This document shows, in pieces, positions 28,473 to 38,117 of a DNA stretch of 64,000 nucleotides. How positions within the stretch are numbered: the stretch's first letter is position 1; each line of letters begins with the position of its first letter. The translations under genes were made by a program, and so were the position numbers. The DNA is from an uncultured bacterium. Its GTDB lineage: Bacteria; Babelota; Babeliae; Babelales; Babelaceae. The stretch spans positions 192,001 to 256,000 of the forward strand of contig CAVRKK010000002.1 of the NCBI GenBank assembly GCA_963722385.1, written 5' to 3'. Below the pieces are notes generated by a model. It had not been told where the DNA came from. It was given only the letters and a program-made list of their open reading frames with translations, and searched no databases.

Positions 28473-29795
28473 ATGCGCTCACCGTGTTTACGATTACTCG
28501 TCCTTGGTGCAAGCCTTACGTGTCTGCAGGCAAATACTCTTACTGCTGCTATAAAAGAAATCGTAGGGGCACCTCTTTATTTCGCCTTAGGCCATTATAC
28601 GAATAAAGCAAGCAAAAAAGCAGGAAATTGGACAACACATGATCTCCTTGGTATCAAGCAATCTCCTGCCAATAAAATCTTAGCGCTTGACTTCAAGTTT
28701 CTTTTTAACGAATTTGGAAGAGAATTTTTGGCGAGCAACCCATTGCCCTCAGCCCTCACTTTTCCTCCTATCAAAGGACCTCTCATCCTTGCGCCTGCAC
28801 GCATGAACGCTTATGAGGCCGGAATTAAGTATCTGACCATTATTGAGCTTTTTAGCAAGGTTGGCGAAGCATGGATTGAATGGGAAAAAATGCACGGATT
28901 ACTTCCACAGAATAGCACCGTCAAAAGTTTGCCGCTCAAAAATGGAACGGTTGCTGGATCGCTATCACAGCTTCCTGAAGATATAAAAGCGTGGGCAGTT
29001 GATTACTACGTAAATACCCCGGTAGAATATATGGAAAATCTTCCGGATCAATTGCACTACCGGTTTTCTGAATTGGCAAAGGACCAGCAATCAGCCACCA
29101 TCGCGCTTGGCTATTTTTTAACAGCGCTGGGAACAACGGTGCTCACGCGAATGTTCGGTAAAACCTCATGCAATGCCCTAAACCAAAAGTGTGGTTTTAA
29201 CCTTGGTGAAAATACACCCTATAAGCTAACAAGAAGCTTTATTTCAACATTTATTGGCTTTGCCACATCATATTTTATAATGCCATATAATATATATTGG
29301 CTTGAGGAGTTATCAGATTATTTAGGCTATTATGACCCGAACGCTACAAAGCTCAATCACGCATCATACGTTGCTGCGTTCAAAGCACCGTTTGCCTGGG
29401 AAGGTGTGCGTCAACAAGCAATCGCCATTGCCAGCTTGGTAACCGCGATTGCTTTACAGATATCTAATGGCAACCAAAATGTAATCACCCATCCTGCATC
29501 ACTGGTTAAGGCAATCCTTGCGGTAACCGTAGCTGTTGCCGCTTCGAGTGAGTACTATTTTGCTCCCGGTATTGTCAGTGATAATGCAAGCAAAGCTTGG
29601 AACAAATTGATAGATGTTGCACTTCCTTCCTGGATAGGCTTTCTCAGTTTTTTGATCGCTCAGCTTGAGGAATCAGACGAGCAAGCTGAAATATTGTTTG
29701 CGCATAGCAACAATACCCATGATACACAAGGTGACCAACGCGAGGAACAAAGTCATCGTGATCAAAATGACCCCGCTCTCAAAGATGAGCTTTAG
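28473..29795 (+). CDS. Multi-pass membrane hypothetical protein ending in KDEL
   Basis: Signal peptide; several hydrophobic segments; acidic tail ending PALKDEL-stop. Confidence 0.85.
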   Translation: MRSPCLRLLVLGASLTCLQANTLTAAIKEIVGAPLYFALGHYTNKASKKAGNWTTHDLLGIKQSPANKILALDFKFLFNEFGREFLASNPLPSALTFPPIKGPLILAPARMNAYEAGIKYLTIIELFSKVGEAWIEWEKMHGLLPQNSTVKSLPLKNGTVAGSLSQLPEDIKAWAVDYYVNTPVEYMENLPDQLHYRFSELAKDQQSATIALGYFLTALGTTVLTRMFGKTSCNALNQKCGFNLGENTPYKLTRSFISTFIGFATSYFIMPYNIYWLEELSDYLGYYDPNATKLNHASYVAAFKAPFAWEGVRQQAIAIASLVTAIALQISNGNQNVITHPASLVKAILAVTVAVAASSEYYFAPGIVSDNASKAWNKLIDVALPSWIGFLSFLIAQLEESDEQAEILFAHSNNTHDTQGDQREEQSHRDQNDPALKDEL

Positions 29796-29825
29796 TCCCT
29801 CGATCATAGACGAGTTAATGTGCTC

Positions 29826-29856
29826 TACGGGGCAAGCAGGCTCTGCTTGCCCCGTA
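29826..29856. terminator. Perfect 14-bp hairpin between convergent genes (terminator or REP-like)
   Basis: TACGGGGCAAGCAG-GCT-CTGCTTGCCCCGTA. Confidence 0.6.
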
Positions 29857-29857
29857 C

Positions 29858-30298
29858 TTACTCAATTTTTTCTATTAACGATAAGCGTGCTGCATAATGA
29901 TTCTTTTTAAATTGGCACGTAAGCGCTTGACTGAAAATCCTATATGCCTCTTCATAAGTAAGATAATCGGCAGGGAAGACAAGAATATTCGCATTATCAT
30001 CTTGCCGAGATGCACATGCTATAGAGACATCCCATACGACAGCCGCATAAACACCGCTAAAGCGATTAGCCGCCATAGCCATACCAGAGCCCGTACCACA
30101 CATCAAAACGCCCATATCGGCAGCGCCACTTTGAAGAGCCCGAGCCACCGCCTGGGCAAAGATAGGGTAGTCAACACGCTCATCGCTCATCGTTCCCTTG
30201 TCGAGCCATTCGAATAAGATAGCTCCATCAGACGTGTGCTTTTTAAAAAATTCTTTCATGCCAAAGCCACGATGGTCGGCACCAATAGCAATAATCAT
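29858..30298 (-). CDS. rpiB: Ribose-5-phosphate isomerase B
   Basis: GADHRG, DYP, CGTGSGMAMAANR, DDNANIL. Confidence 0.93.
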   Translation of the reverse strand: MIIAIGADHRGFGMKEFFKKHTSDGAILFEWLDKGTMSDERVDYPIFAQAVARALQSGAADMGVLMCGTGSGMAMAANRFSGVYAAVVWDVSIACASRQDDNANILVFPADYLTYEEAYRIFSQALTCQFKKNHYAARLSLIEKIE

Positions 30299-30451
30299 AT
30301 AAAACCTTCGCGTAAATAGTATTTAAAAGCTTATAATAACTTGATCACAATTTTAAAGCTTTGATCATGCAGGCTTGGACTTTTGTTTACACACGCGTTA
30401 AAAAATGTGATAGGATATTCAAGCTTATCCGATATAGAGCAAAGGAACATA

Positions 30452-31510
30452 ATGAAAAACTACTTCTTGGCGATTGTAATAGCTCTCGGCATGCAAGTAT
30501 ATACCCCAACTTTTGGCATGGCCGCTATCCAAGACCTTGGCAGCGCCCTTGTCTACTGGAATGCAGGCAACGCAGCGAACTGGCTGAGCGCCGAATTTGG
30601 TAATTATACCGCCACCGAAATATTCCAAGTCAAGGGCCTAAAGCACCACTTCTCACGACTGAACGTCAAAAATATCTATAACGCGCTCTTTAGGCACTTG
30701 CTTGCCCTGCGATTCGGCTTGTTGCCCAAGGCTATAGCAGAACCCACAAAAACGTTGGAATTTTTCTGTTACGAATCCGGTCGGCAATGGCTCACTTTTT
30801 ACGAATTTTTAAAATCAGGCCATCAGCTGGGCACCCATTTTTTTGAGCTTCATGATGCCGACTATAGACGTAGCCTCGCTCTGCCAAAAGAGCCTTGTGA
30901 TGCTTTGATTGAGGAGCAGGGCGGCGGATGCTCGATGCAAGAAAATAGCTTCAAAGATTTTATAGAACAACTGCCTAGCGGTTCGATCACTTTGGAGGTT
31001 CTCGAGGAAATACATATGCTGACGGTCGCCAGCCTCTACTTTGGCGTTGGTTATGCGGTGGCATATCTGGGCAGAGCATTGGCAGAATCATTCCGGCAGA
31101 TAGCAACGAGCCGCGGCGTACATTACATGGAAAAAGAGCCGACTAAAAAAATTACCGAAACAACGCTCAGCGTTACCTTCGCTCAATTCCTCAAGCCCTT
31201 AGTATTTCACCACCTGCACGAGGGGCTCTCGTTTTTTTACTTATATGACGATCGTTATATCAAACTCAACGAACTCGCTTATCGAACCGGCGACAAATTT
31301 TTGTGGGCTCAACAATGGCTTGTTGATACCAAAGAAGTGGCAAAGAGGGTTTGGACGGGTCAACCGATCAAAATTCTTTCAACCAACACCGCTACCAATC
31401 ATGGCACAGCAGGTCCACTAACAAGCGCTCTTGTTGAGGATTATGGTCAAAACCAGCTCATTGTCGAAAGCATAGTACAACCTGATATTGAAAAATTAAA
31501 AAAACAATAA
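30452..31510 (+). CDS. Exported or membrane hypothetical protein, probable distant paralog of 28473..29795
   Basis: RBS AAGGA with ATG at 30452; signal peptide; alignable blocks described under findings. Confidence 0.8.
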   Translation: MKNYFLAIVIALGMQVYTPTFGMAAIQDLGSALVYWNAGNAANWLSAEFGNYTATEIFQVKGLKHHFSRLNVKNIYNALFRHLLALRFGLLPKAIAEPTKTLEFFCYESGRQWLTFYEFLKSGHQLGTHFFELHDADYRRSLALPKEPCDALIEEQGGGCSMQENSFKDFIEQLPSGSITLEVLEEIHMLTVASLYFGVGYAVAYLGRALAESFRQIATSRGVHYMEKEPTKKITETTLSVTFAQFLKPLVFHHLHEGLSFFYLYDDRYIKLNELAYRTGDKFLWAQQWLVDTKEVAKRVWTGQPIKILSTNTATNHGTAGPLTSALVEDYGQNQLIVESIVQPDIEKLKKQ

Positions 31511-32733
31511 TGTGGACACTCTTATTACTAGCACGCCGCTTTTTATGGGGTACAAGGGAAAAGAGTATTGCCGTGATGACGGGTATTTGCTTTATGAGCA
31601 TAATTCTCGGATCATGTGCCCTTGCGCTTGTTGCCGCGGTAATGAGCGGCATTGAAAAAGAGACGCGGGCGGTTGTTCAGGGAATCAACCCAGACCTTAT
31701 CATGCTTGGCGAGGGCAAGCCGCTCAATTATCCAAAGATTCAAGAATTTATCGCTAAAAATTATCATGATTCTATTGATGGTATCAGTCCGAGCATGCAA
31801 GGTCACGCGTGTATAAAAGCCCCTGATATCAATGCGATAGCAGCGCTTGTAATGCTCACGGCAATCGACCCCGACACCGAGCAGTCTGTCAGCAAGCTTC
31901 CCCTGCTGATTAAACAGCCAAAAGCAGCGTCCTTGGGAGCTGTGCTCGAAAACGATCAGCTCTTAATCGGACAGTCGCTTGCCTCTCTGCTGGGAGCCAA
32001 GCCGGGTGACCCGATTACGCTCCTCTTTGCACCTGAGGTTGAAAGTCCCGAAAATGTTATGCTTGAGCAGCGCCAAACACATATAGGTGGCATATTTAAA
32101 TCAGGTATCGAAGATATCGATGCAAACGTAATTTTTTTAAGTATCTCGCTGGCCAAAAGCTTATTTCCCGACAAGGGAATTACGCACATCGGTCTTAAGC
32201 TGCGTAATCCTGATAAGGAAAAAGAAGTGATGGCATCACTCAAGAAAGCACTCGGCCTCGCCGTATTTTCATGGAAGGATCTTTATCCGGCGCTCTTAGC
32301 TGCCTTAACACTTGAAAAATATGCCATGCTTTTTATTTTATCGCTCATAGCAATGGTAGCAAGCATTAACATAATGGCGCTCTTGTTCATGTATATTGCG
32401 TATAAAAAGGCGGAGATTGCTGTCTTGCGAACCCTTGGCTTTACGAGCAGAGACGTAATGCTTCTTTTTTTATTAATGGGTACGGGTATAGGCCTTGTCG
32501 GAGCAAGTATTGGCGTCACCCTCGCATCTATCGCTAGTTTCTTGCTCAATCGCTACCCCTTCATCCAGCTTCCTGACGCGTACTACGTTTCACACCTCCC
32601 GGCGCACATGACCATGCCTATCGGCGCAACCGTAATTATCCTTGTACTCGCGATTAGCTTTATAGCAGCACTTATCCCAGCACGCTATATCAGTAGGCTT
32701 GATACCGCAGCGCTTTTAAAAAGAACGGTTTGA
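31510..32733 (+). CDS. LolC/E-type (MacB/FtsX-like) ABC transporter permease
   Basis: LVAAVMSG, GIFKSG, WKDLYP..L..EK, EIAVLRTLG, YYVSHLP, ALIPAR. Confidence 0.9.
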   Translation: MWTLLLLARRFLWGTREKSIAVMTGICFMSIILGSCALALVAAVMSGIEKETRAVVQGINPDLIMLGEGKPLNYPKIQEFIAKNYHDSIDGISPSMQGHACIKAPDINAIAALVMLTAIDPDTEQSVSKLPLLIKQPKAASLGAVLENDQLLIGQSLASLLGAKPGDPITLLFAPEVESPENVMLEQRQTHIGGIFKSGIEDIDANVIFLSISLAKSLFPDKGITHIGLKLRNPDKEKEVMASLKKALGLAVFSWKDLYPALLAALTLEKYAMLFILSLIAMVASINIMALLFMYIAYKKAEIAVLRTLGFTSRDVMLLFLLMGTGIGLVGASIGVTLASIASFLLNRYPFIQLPDAYYVSHLPAHMTMPIGATVIILVLAISFIAALIPARYISRLDTAALLKRTV

Positions 32734-32810
32734 ATCGCGAAAGTAAATGCCCCCGAGCACTTAGATAAGCAGGGGGAAAAGGCTCTTAGGGGCAATTTAC
32801 GTTTTGTATC

Positions 32811-33002
32811 CTATTTATAGCGATTAATGCGCGAAAGGTCTGGATAGCCAAACCAACGAGGCCCGTAAAATCCACCGACCACGAGCTTGTTCGCCTTCTT
32901 CTTATAGCTGCTCAAGCCTTTGCTCCGGAGCCCACCGCATCGGTGGCAAATATGCGCTTTTTTCGAACGCGCCGCTTCTAGCTTACGATTAAAGTTTCTC
33001 AT
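32811..33002 (-). CDS. Small basic protein with CxxC
   Basis: RBS AAGGA; 63 aa; K/R-rich; CHRC. Confidence 0.45.
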   Translation of the reverse strand: MRNFNRKLEAARSKKAHICHRCGGLRSKGLSSYKKKANKLVVGGFYGPRWFGYPDLSRINRYK

Positions 33003-33219
33003 GGCAGCTTTCCTTTCTTTCTTATATCTTTATTGTAAAATATTGAATATAAAAATTGCAATAATTTGTTTATAAGTAATTGCTTGATGAGCCAAATCAC
33101 CTTAAAGATAGCAGAATCCAGCTCATTTGCAAGGCTACCCCTCATCGCTTGACTTTGCACAAAACTGCTAATAGGCTGGTTACGAATATTAAACCAAAAA
33201 CTCAAAAGGAGAGTTTGCG

Positions 33220-33627
33220 ATGCAAAATTCTATGAAAAGCAAGTTTTTACTTGCTGCCAGCTTATTAGCGGTCTTGGGCACTTCCACCAGCGTAATGGCT
33301 GGCAAGCATAAGAAGGGAGATCGCCGTAAAAGCAGTAGCGAGAATTATTACACTAATACGAAAAGGAACGTATTCTGTACTCAAGTTAATATTGATGCTG
33401 ACTTCAATTTCTCTGTTGCGGTCGCCGTGATTCTTAAAACAGCTGGAACATTGGCAGCACGAGGCCTGCTAACACCGGAAGTTCAACAAGCGCTGGCTGA
33501 TTATGCTAAATCCGAAGCAGCCAATAATCCAGCGGCGAATGAAGAGCTTGTCAGCTTCATTGAAAAGCTGAGTGCGCTCCAGAATGTCCAGCCTGCTGAG
33601 GCAAACAACAAGCATACTGAACTATAG
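33220..33627 (+). CDS. Small exported protein ending in HTEL
   Basis: RBS AGGAG; signal peptide ...SVMA; ends NNKHTEL-stop; followed by a terminator-like hairpin. Confidence 0.8.
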   Translation: MQNSMKSKFLLAASLLAVLGTSTSVMAGKHKKGDRRKSSSENYYTNTKRNVFCTQVNIDADFNFSVAVAVILKTAGTLAARGLLTPEVQQALADYAKSEAANNPAANEELVSFIEKLSALQNVQPAEANNKHTEL

Positions 33628-33649
33628 CAACGGCACTTGATTTGCAAAT

Positions 33650-33693
33650 AAAAACCCCTTGTTGTAAGATTATCGCTTACGCAAGGGGTTTTT
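33650..33693 (+). terminator. Terminator-like hairpin
   Basis: AAAAACCCCTTG...CAAGGGGTTTTT. Confidence 0.65.
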
Positions 33694-33714
33694 ACCGCCA
33701 AAAAAGGGAGATCT

Positions 33715-34827
33715 ATGAGACACATCATACTATTGAGCCTGCTCGCAACTTCCCTGTGCCCTGCCGTCGTTCAACGTTACTCGATTCTGGCTAAAACCGA
33801 GCAACCACGAGCCAAAGCAATTGTATTCTATCATGATAAGCCCAAAAACGAGCAGCTTAATATCGACAAACAAGCAACTAAGGCCATTGCTGTTTTTAAT
33901 GAAGCACGTGCAAAGAGGATTTCCGCTCAGTTTCTTATCGAAGCTCCTCAAGCGGCTCCGTATGCTCTGCGATCAAGCCTACGCGAAATGATGAGCAGCA
34001 TTTATCAGAAATCGTCGAGCAATTACTGCTTTTTAGACCGGCTGCATGATAGCTTATCTCTGACTTCCTCGCCTTTATGCCTTGACACGCAATCTCTCAT
34101 AAAAGAGCTTATCAATACGAGCATCTTGGCGGTGGCAATGAACAATAAGCAACGGCCCGACACCGGCTTACAGCAAATTCATGAGCGGCTTTTTTCGTGG
34201 CCTTGTACGGTTGAGCAGGTGCTCAACGTCATGGAGCAGTCATTTGATGAAGTTTTGTCTGATGCACGTGAATTGCTTAATCTGGTCCAAAACTCAGAGA
34301 ATATCGCGTACGTTAGTGACGTTATAAGGGAGGCCGAGCTCTATAAAGAAGACTTCGAAGAAGCCGATGCGTATTTTGCCCTCGATAAAGATAAAAATTG
34401 GTTTCAAGCACTTAATGACAAAGCACAAGCGCTTTCTTGCCAACCAATTGAAGAACTCCTCCAGGAGACTATGGGGCCTCTTGGACCTCTTGTCCACTAT
34501 GTCCGCGCAGAGCTTGATTCAAAGCTCGATGACGAGTATCAGCTGATTCACGTCGGATTCTTAAAGCAGCTGTTGTTACCATCAGCACCGCGCTTGTCCT
34601 TTGTCGCCGCGCACGTCGGCCATATCGATTTTATGCAAGAATTTCTCAAACGTGAAAACTTCACGGTCATGCACGATTCGGGTTTCTCGATCGTAGTCCT
34701 GCCAACAAAAACTATTCAGATACCAACCTATAACGAACTCAGAGAGCGAGGGATCTTGCAAGAACCGCTTAGCGTCAAGCCAGTAACATTCGACATTATA
34801 AAAAAAATGCTCAAAAAGCTTGTATAA
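33715..34827 (+). CDS. Exported hypothetical protein
   Basis: 370-aa ORF; RBS GGGAG; signal peptide. Confidence 0.8.
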   Translation: MRHIILLSLLATSLCPAVVQRYSILAKTEQPRAKAIVFYHDKPKNEQLNIDKQATKAIAVFNEARAKRISAQFLIEAPQAAPYALRSSLREMMSSIYQKSSSNYCFLDRLHDSLSLTSSPLCLDTQSLIKELINTSILAVAMNNKQRPDTGLQQIHERLFSWPCTVEQVLNVMEQSFDEVLSDARELLNLVQNSENIAYVSDVIREAELYKEDFEEADAYFALDKDKNWFQALNDKAQALSCQPIEELLQETMGPLGPLVHYVRAELDSKLDDEYQLIHVGFLKQLLLPSAPRLSFVAAHVGHIDFMQEFLKRENFTVMHDSGFSIVVLPTKTIQIPTYNELRERGILQEPLSVKPVTFDIIKKMLKKLV

Positions 34828-34920
34828 AACCGAGCAAAATTTCAAGACATCGAAATAATACAGCTACCTAAAGAATTCGTATATACTAAATAAGATCCTT
34901 TTAGTAAGAAAGTATGCTTC

Positions 34921-36243
34921 ATGGCGCTCCTCGCTTTTTTTCAATGGCTTAACAACTCCATCTTGGTGATCCCCTCGATCATCCTTTTTTGTGGCGCTGG
35001 TATCCTCTTAACCATAAAAACGGGATTTTTACAAATTCGTGGCATACCGCGATTCTTCCAATTAATTACCCGTGGCATTCGGCAAAAAAAGCAGGCCGGA
35101 CAGCTCCAAACGATTTCTTCGGCGCACGCGCTCTTTACCGCAATGGCGACGACCATTGGAATAGGCAATGTGGTCAGTCCCTCGGTAGCCATCATGGTTG
35201 GCGGGCCGGGAGCTCTCTTTTGGCTCATTCTTTATATCATCATTGGCTCATCGGTCAAGTTTACCGAGGTCGTTTTTGCCCTACGTACACGCGTTAAATC
35301 GCCTGATGGCCAGGTTGTTGGTGGCCCTATGCTCTATTTGGCTCTCGTGAGCCCTTGGTTGGCATGGTGGTATGGCAGTGCCATAGCCGTACTTATGGCT
35401 GGCTGGTCAGCTGTACAGGCAAACACCTTGGCATCCATTTTAGCACAGGAGTCTATTCCCCTTTGGGTAACAGGCTTGGCGCTTGCTAGCTTTGTTTGGG
35501 TGGTATTGCAAGGCGGCGCCCACCGCGTGGGTGACGTTGCGACCGCTCTGGTGCCTCTTATGTGCGCATGCTACGTGATTTTTGCGCTCAGCATTCTTTT
35601 AAGCGATGTACAAGCACTGGTAGCTGCTATTAAGCTCATCTACCGGGGTATCTGGTCACCCCAAGCAGCCGCGGGTGGCTTAGTAAGTATTACCTTTATT
35701 CAGGCACTTCGTACCGGAATTTATCGCGGTATCTTTATAACCGAATCGGGCCTTGGTACCTCATCGATTTCTCATTCTCTCGCTGACGTAGAGCGACCGA
35801 CCGATCAAGGGATCTTAGCCATGTTCTCAGCAGGCGCTGACGCTCTTCTCTCTTTGCTGTCAGGGCTCATTGTTCTTGTTACAGGCATATGGACGCAGGG
35901 AACATTTCGCAGTACCCTTGTTTACGAAGCTTTCAAGAATCACGTCCCCTATATTGGCCGTTGGCTTTTGGCGCTTACCATTGCGTTATTTGCCTTGACA
36001 ACCGTCGTGGGCAATAGTTTCAATGGCCGGCAAAGCTTTGCTTCCTTAACCAATTTTCGATGGGTTTCTCTCTATAGCGCGTTTACCGTTCTTACTATCT
36101 TTCTTGGATCGCTCTTGCATGTGCAATTGGTGTGGGAGATGATGGATACACTCTTAATGTTTGTTGCTTTGCCAAACCTCGTTGGCGTGCTTTACCTCGC
36201 CTATGCCAAACCACAACTCTTGGAAAATGACGTTCTAAAATGA
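34921..36243 (+). CDS. Alanine/glycine:cation symporter (AGCS family)
   Basis: ATTIGIGNV, GGPGALFW, GGPMLY, ESGLGTS, ALPNL. Confidence 0.93.
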   Translation: MALLAFFQWLNNSILVIPSIILFCGAGILLTIKTGFLQIRGIPRFFQLITRGIRQKKQAGQLQTISSAHALFTAMATTIGIGNVVSPSVAIMVGGPGALFWLILYIIIGSSVKFTEVVFALRTRVKSPDGQVVGGPMLYLALVSPWLAWWYGSAIAVLMAGWSAVQANTLASILAQESIPLWVTGLALASFVWVVLQGGAHRVGDVATALVPLMCACYVIFALSILLSDVQALVAAIKLIYRGIWSPQAAAGGLVSITFIQALRTGIYRGIFITESGLGTSSISHSLADVERPTDQGILAMFSAGADALLSLLSGLIVLVTGIWTQGTFRSTLVYEAFKNHVPYIGRWLLALTIALFALTTVVGNSFNGRQSFASLTNFRWVSLYSAFTVLTIFLGSLLHVQLVWEMMDTLLMFVALPNLVGVLYLAYAKPQLLENDVLK

Positions 36244-36705
36244 GGCGAAAATTTGGGTAAAGTACCAAAAGCCTTCTTTATTTTTATAAACGCCAATACC
36301 ACAGTATTTATAATCGCCGATTAGATTTTTTAGGTGGCCGGGTGATTTGACCCATGACACAACGGCAAGATGGGGAACATTGAGCATATGATCGGACATA
36401 TATACGTTTTCGGAGGCCGCTCGCGCTTTTAGAGGGAGTTTGTCGAGCCGCTTATTAAAGCCATGGTGACCAAACTCGACTTTATGAAGCGCCATATTAA
36501 TCGAGTGCTCTCGGGCAATGTTGGCTAAAGCTTGGCTCCATGCCACCTTGGGCAGCTTTTTTTTAGCACGAAATATATTAGTTTCATCAAAGGCTTGCTT
36601 AGCCATCTGCCAGCAGATAGTGTCTGAAGCTTTGGGTACACCAGATAGATTAAAAGATCCTATGATCAAGAAAAGTATCGCTATTTTTTTCATATTAATC
36701 CCCAT
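36235..36705 (-). CDS. CAP/SCP-domain exported protein
   Basis: AREHSINMA, FGH, ENV, WVKSPGHLKNL, GIGV, YFTQIF. Confidence 0.92.
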   Translation of the reverse strand: MGINMKKIAILFLIIGSFNLSGVPKASDTICWQMAKQAFDETNIFRAKKKLPKVAWSQALANIAREHSINMALHKVEFGHHGFNKRLDKLPLKARAASENVYMSDHMLNVPHLAVVSWVKSPGHLKNLIGDYKYCGIGVYKNKEGFWYFTQIFASF

Positions 36706-36784
36706 TTTGTCATCATTTCTTATTTAGTATGCCCTTTTTTTGCAATCAATCAAGTATTGACGCATCAGCATACTCTAGATCCCA

Positions 36785-38033
36785 CAGGGCCGGCTCACTT
36801 AAAAAATTAAAAAACTAAGATATAATGGTTCTCAAAAAAAACCGGGAGAACCAAGATGGAAGACAGAAATATTAGTTTTTTGGATTATATAGGTGAACTA
36901 GAAGACCCAAGAATTGAAAGAGGAAAACTGCATTCAATGGCAGATATTCTTTTTTTAACTCTGGTAGGGGTTATAAGTGGGTGCGAGGGTTGGAAAGATA
37001 TCGAATACTACGGAAAAGCTCGATTAGACGTACTTAAAAAGTATCTACCATTTGAAAATGGGGTACCAAGCGATGATACGTTAAGGAGATTTTTTAGAGC
37101 ACTTGATCCTAATGAGTTTTCTAAAATATTTGTAAAATGGGTAAGCGATTTAGTAGCATCAGTAAGGGATAACAGAGACACTGATGATGCAAGAACAGTA
37201 GCCATAGATGGGAAAGTGACAAAAAGAAGCTTTGATCAGGGTGAAACAGAAGATAAAGAGCCTCTTTATCTAGTCAATGCATTTGCGACAGATGTTAGAA
37301 TGGTCCTTTGTCAAAAAAAGGTAGAAGGAAAATCGAATGAAATAACGGCTATCCCGCTGCTCTTGGACTTAATTGATATCTGCGGTGCGATAGTGACGAT
37401 TGATGCAATAGGGACCCAGAAAAAAATTGCTCAAAAGATTATTGACAAAAAAGGGGATTATTTGCTTAATGTAAAGGGCAATCAAGGCAATCTTCTTGAA
37501 GAAATAAAAACTTTCTTTGAAATAGAAAGCGAATCAAAATATATCAATATTAAGCATGATACATTTTCAGAAACAGAAAAAGGGCATGGTCGAATTGAGA
37601 TTAGGACTTGTACAACAACCGATCAAATAGGCTGGATTTCTAAAAAGAATGATTGGGTCTCACTAAAGAGCATTGCCTGTATACAATCAGAGCGATTGAT
37701 TGGTAAGAATAAGACTATAGAAAAACGTTACTACATAACAAGTATTCCTGCATCAGCAGAAAGAATATTGCGCGCCGCAAGAAGTCACTGGTTAATAGAG
37801 AATTCGATGCATTGGGTACTCGATGTTTGCTTTAATGATGATCAATCGAGAATTCGAAAAGGTAATGCTCCTCAAAATGTAGCGACCATCAAAAGTTTGG
37901 CGCTTAACTTGCTCAAACGAGCCCAGCCATTGGTTGATAAGTACATCAGTATCAAATGTCTTCGAAAGCTGTCTTGCTGGCAACCTAGCACTTTGGAATT
38001 AATTGTCAATCAAATTTAGATGAGCCGGCCCTG
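36785..38033 (+). mobile_element. ISAs1-family insertion sequence
   Basis: IR CAGGGCCGGCTCA (36785-36797) / TGAGCCGGCCCTG (38021-38033); visibly AT-richer than its flanks. Confidence 0.92.
36856..38019 (+). CDS. ISAs1 DDE transposase, apparently intact
   Basis: DPR, PSDDT, AIDGK, KSNEITAIP, TIDA, KGNQ, GHGRIE, HWLIEN-MHW-LDV. Confidence 0.95.
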   Translation: MEDRNISFLDYIGELEDPRIERGKLHSMADILFLTLVGVISGCEGWKDIEYYGKARLDVLKKYLPFENGVPSDDTLRRFFRALDPNEFSKIFVKWVSDLVASVRDNRDTDDARTVAIDGKVTKRSFDQGETEDKEPLYLVNAFATDVRMVLCQKKVEGKSNEITAIPLLLDLIDICGAIVTIDAIGTQKKIAQKIIDKKGDYLLNVKGNQGNLLEEIKTFFEIESESKYINIKHDTFSETEKGHGRIEIRTCTTTDQIGWISKKNDWVSLKSIACIQSERLIGKNKTIEKRYYITSIPASAERILRAARSHWLIENSMHWVLDVCFNDDQSRIRKGNAPQNVATIKSLALNLLKRAQPLVDKYISIKCLRKLSCWQPSTLELIVNQI

Positions 38034-38117
38034 AGAATCAAAGCGCAAATGTTGAATTTGAAATTAATAAATGATATTCTGTATAATAGATTACTATAAT
38101 TTTATTAGGAGATTTCA

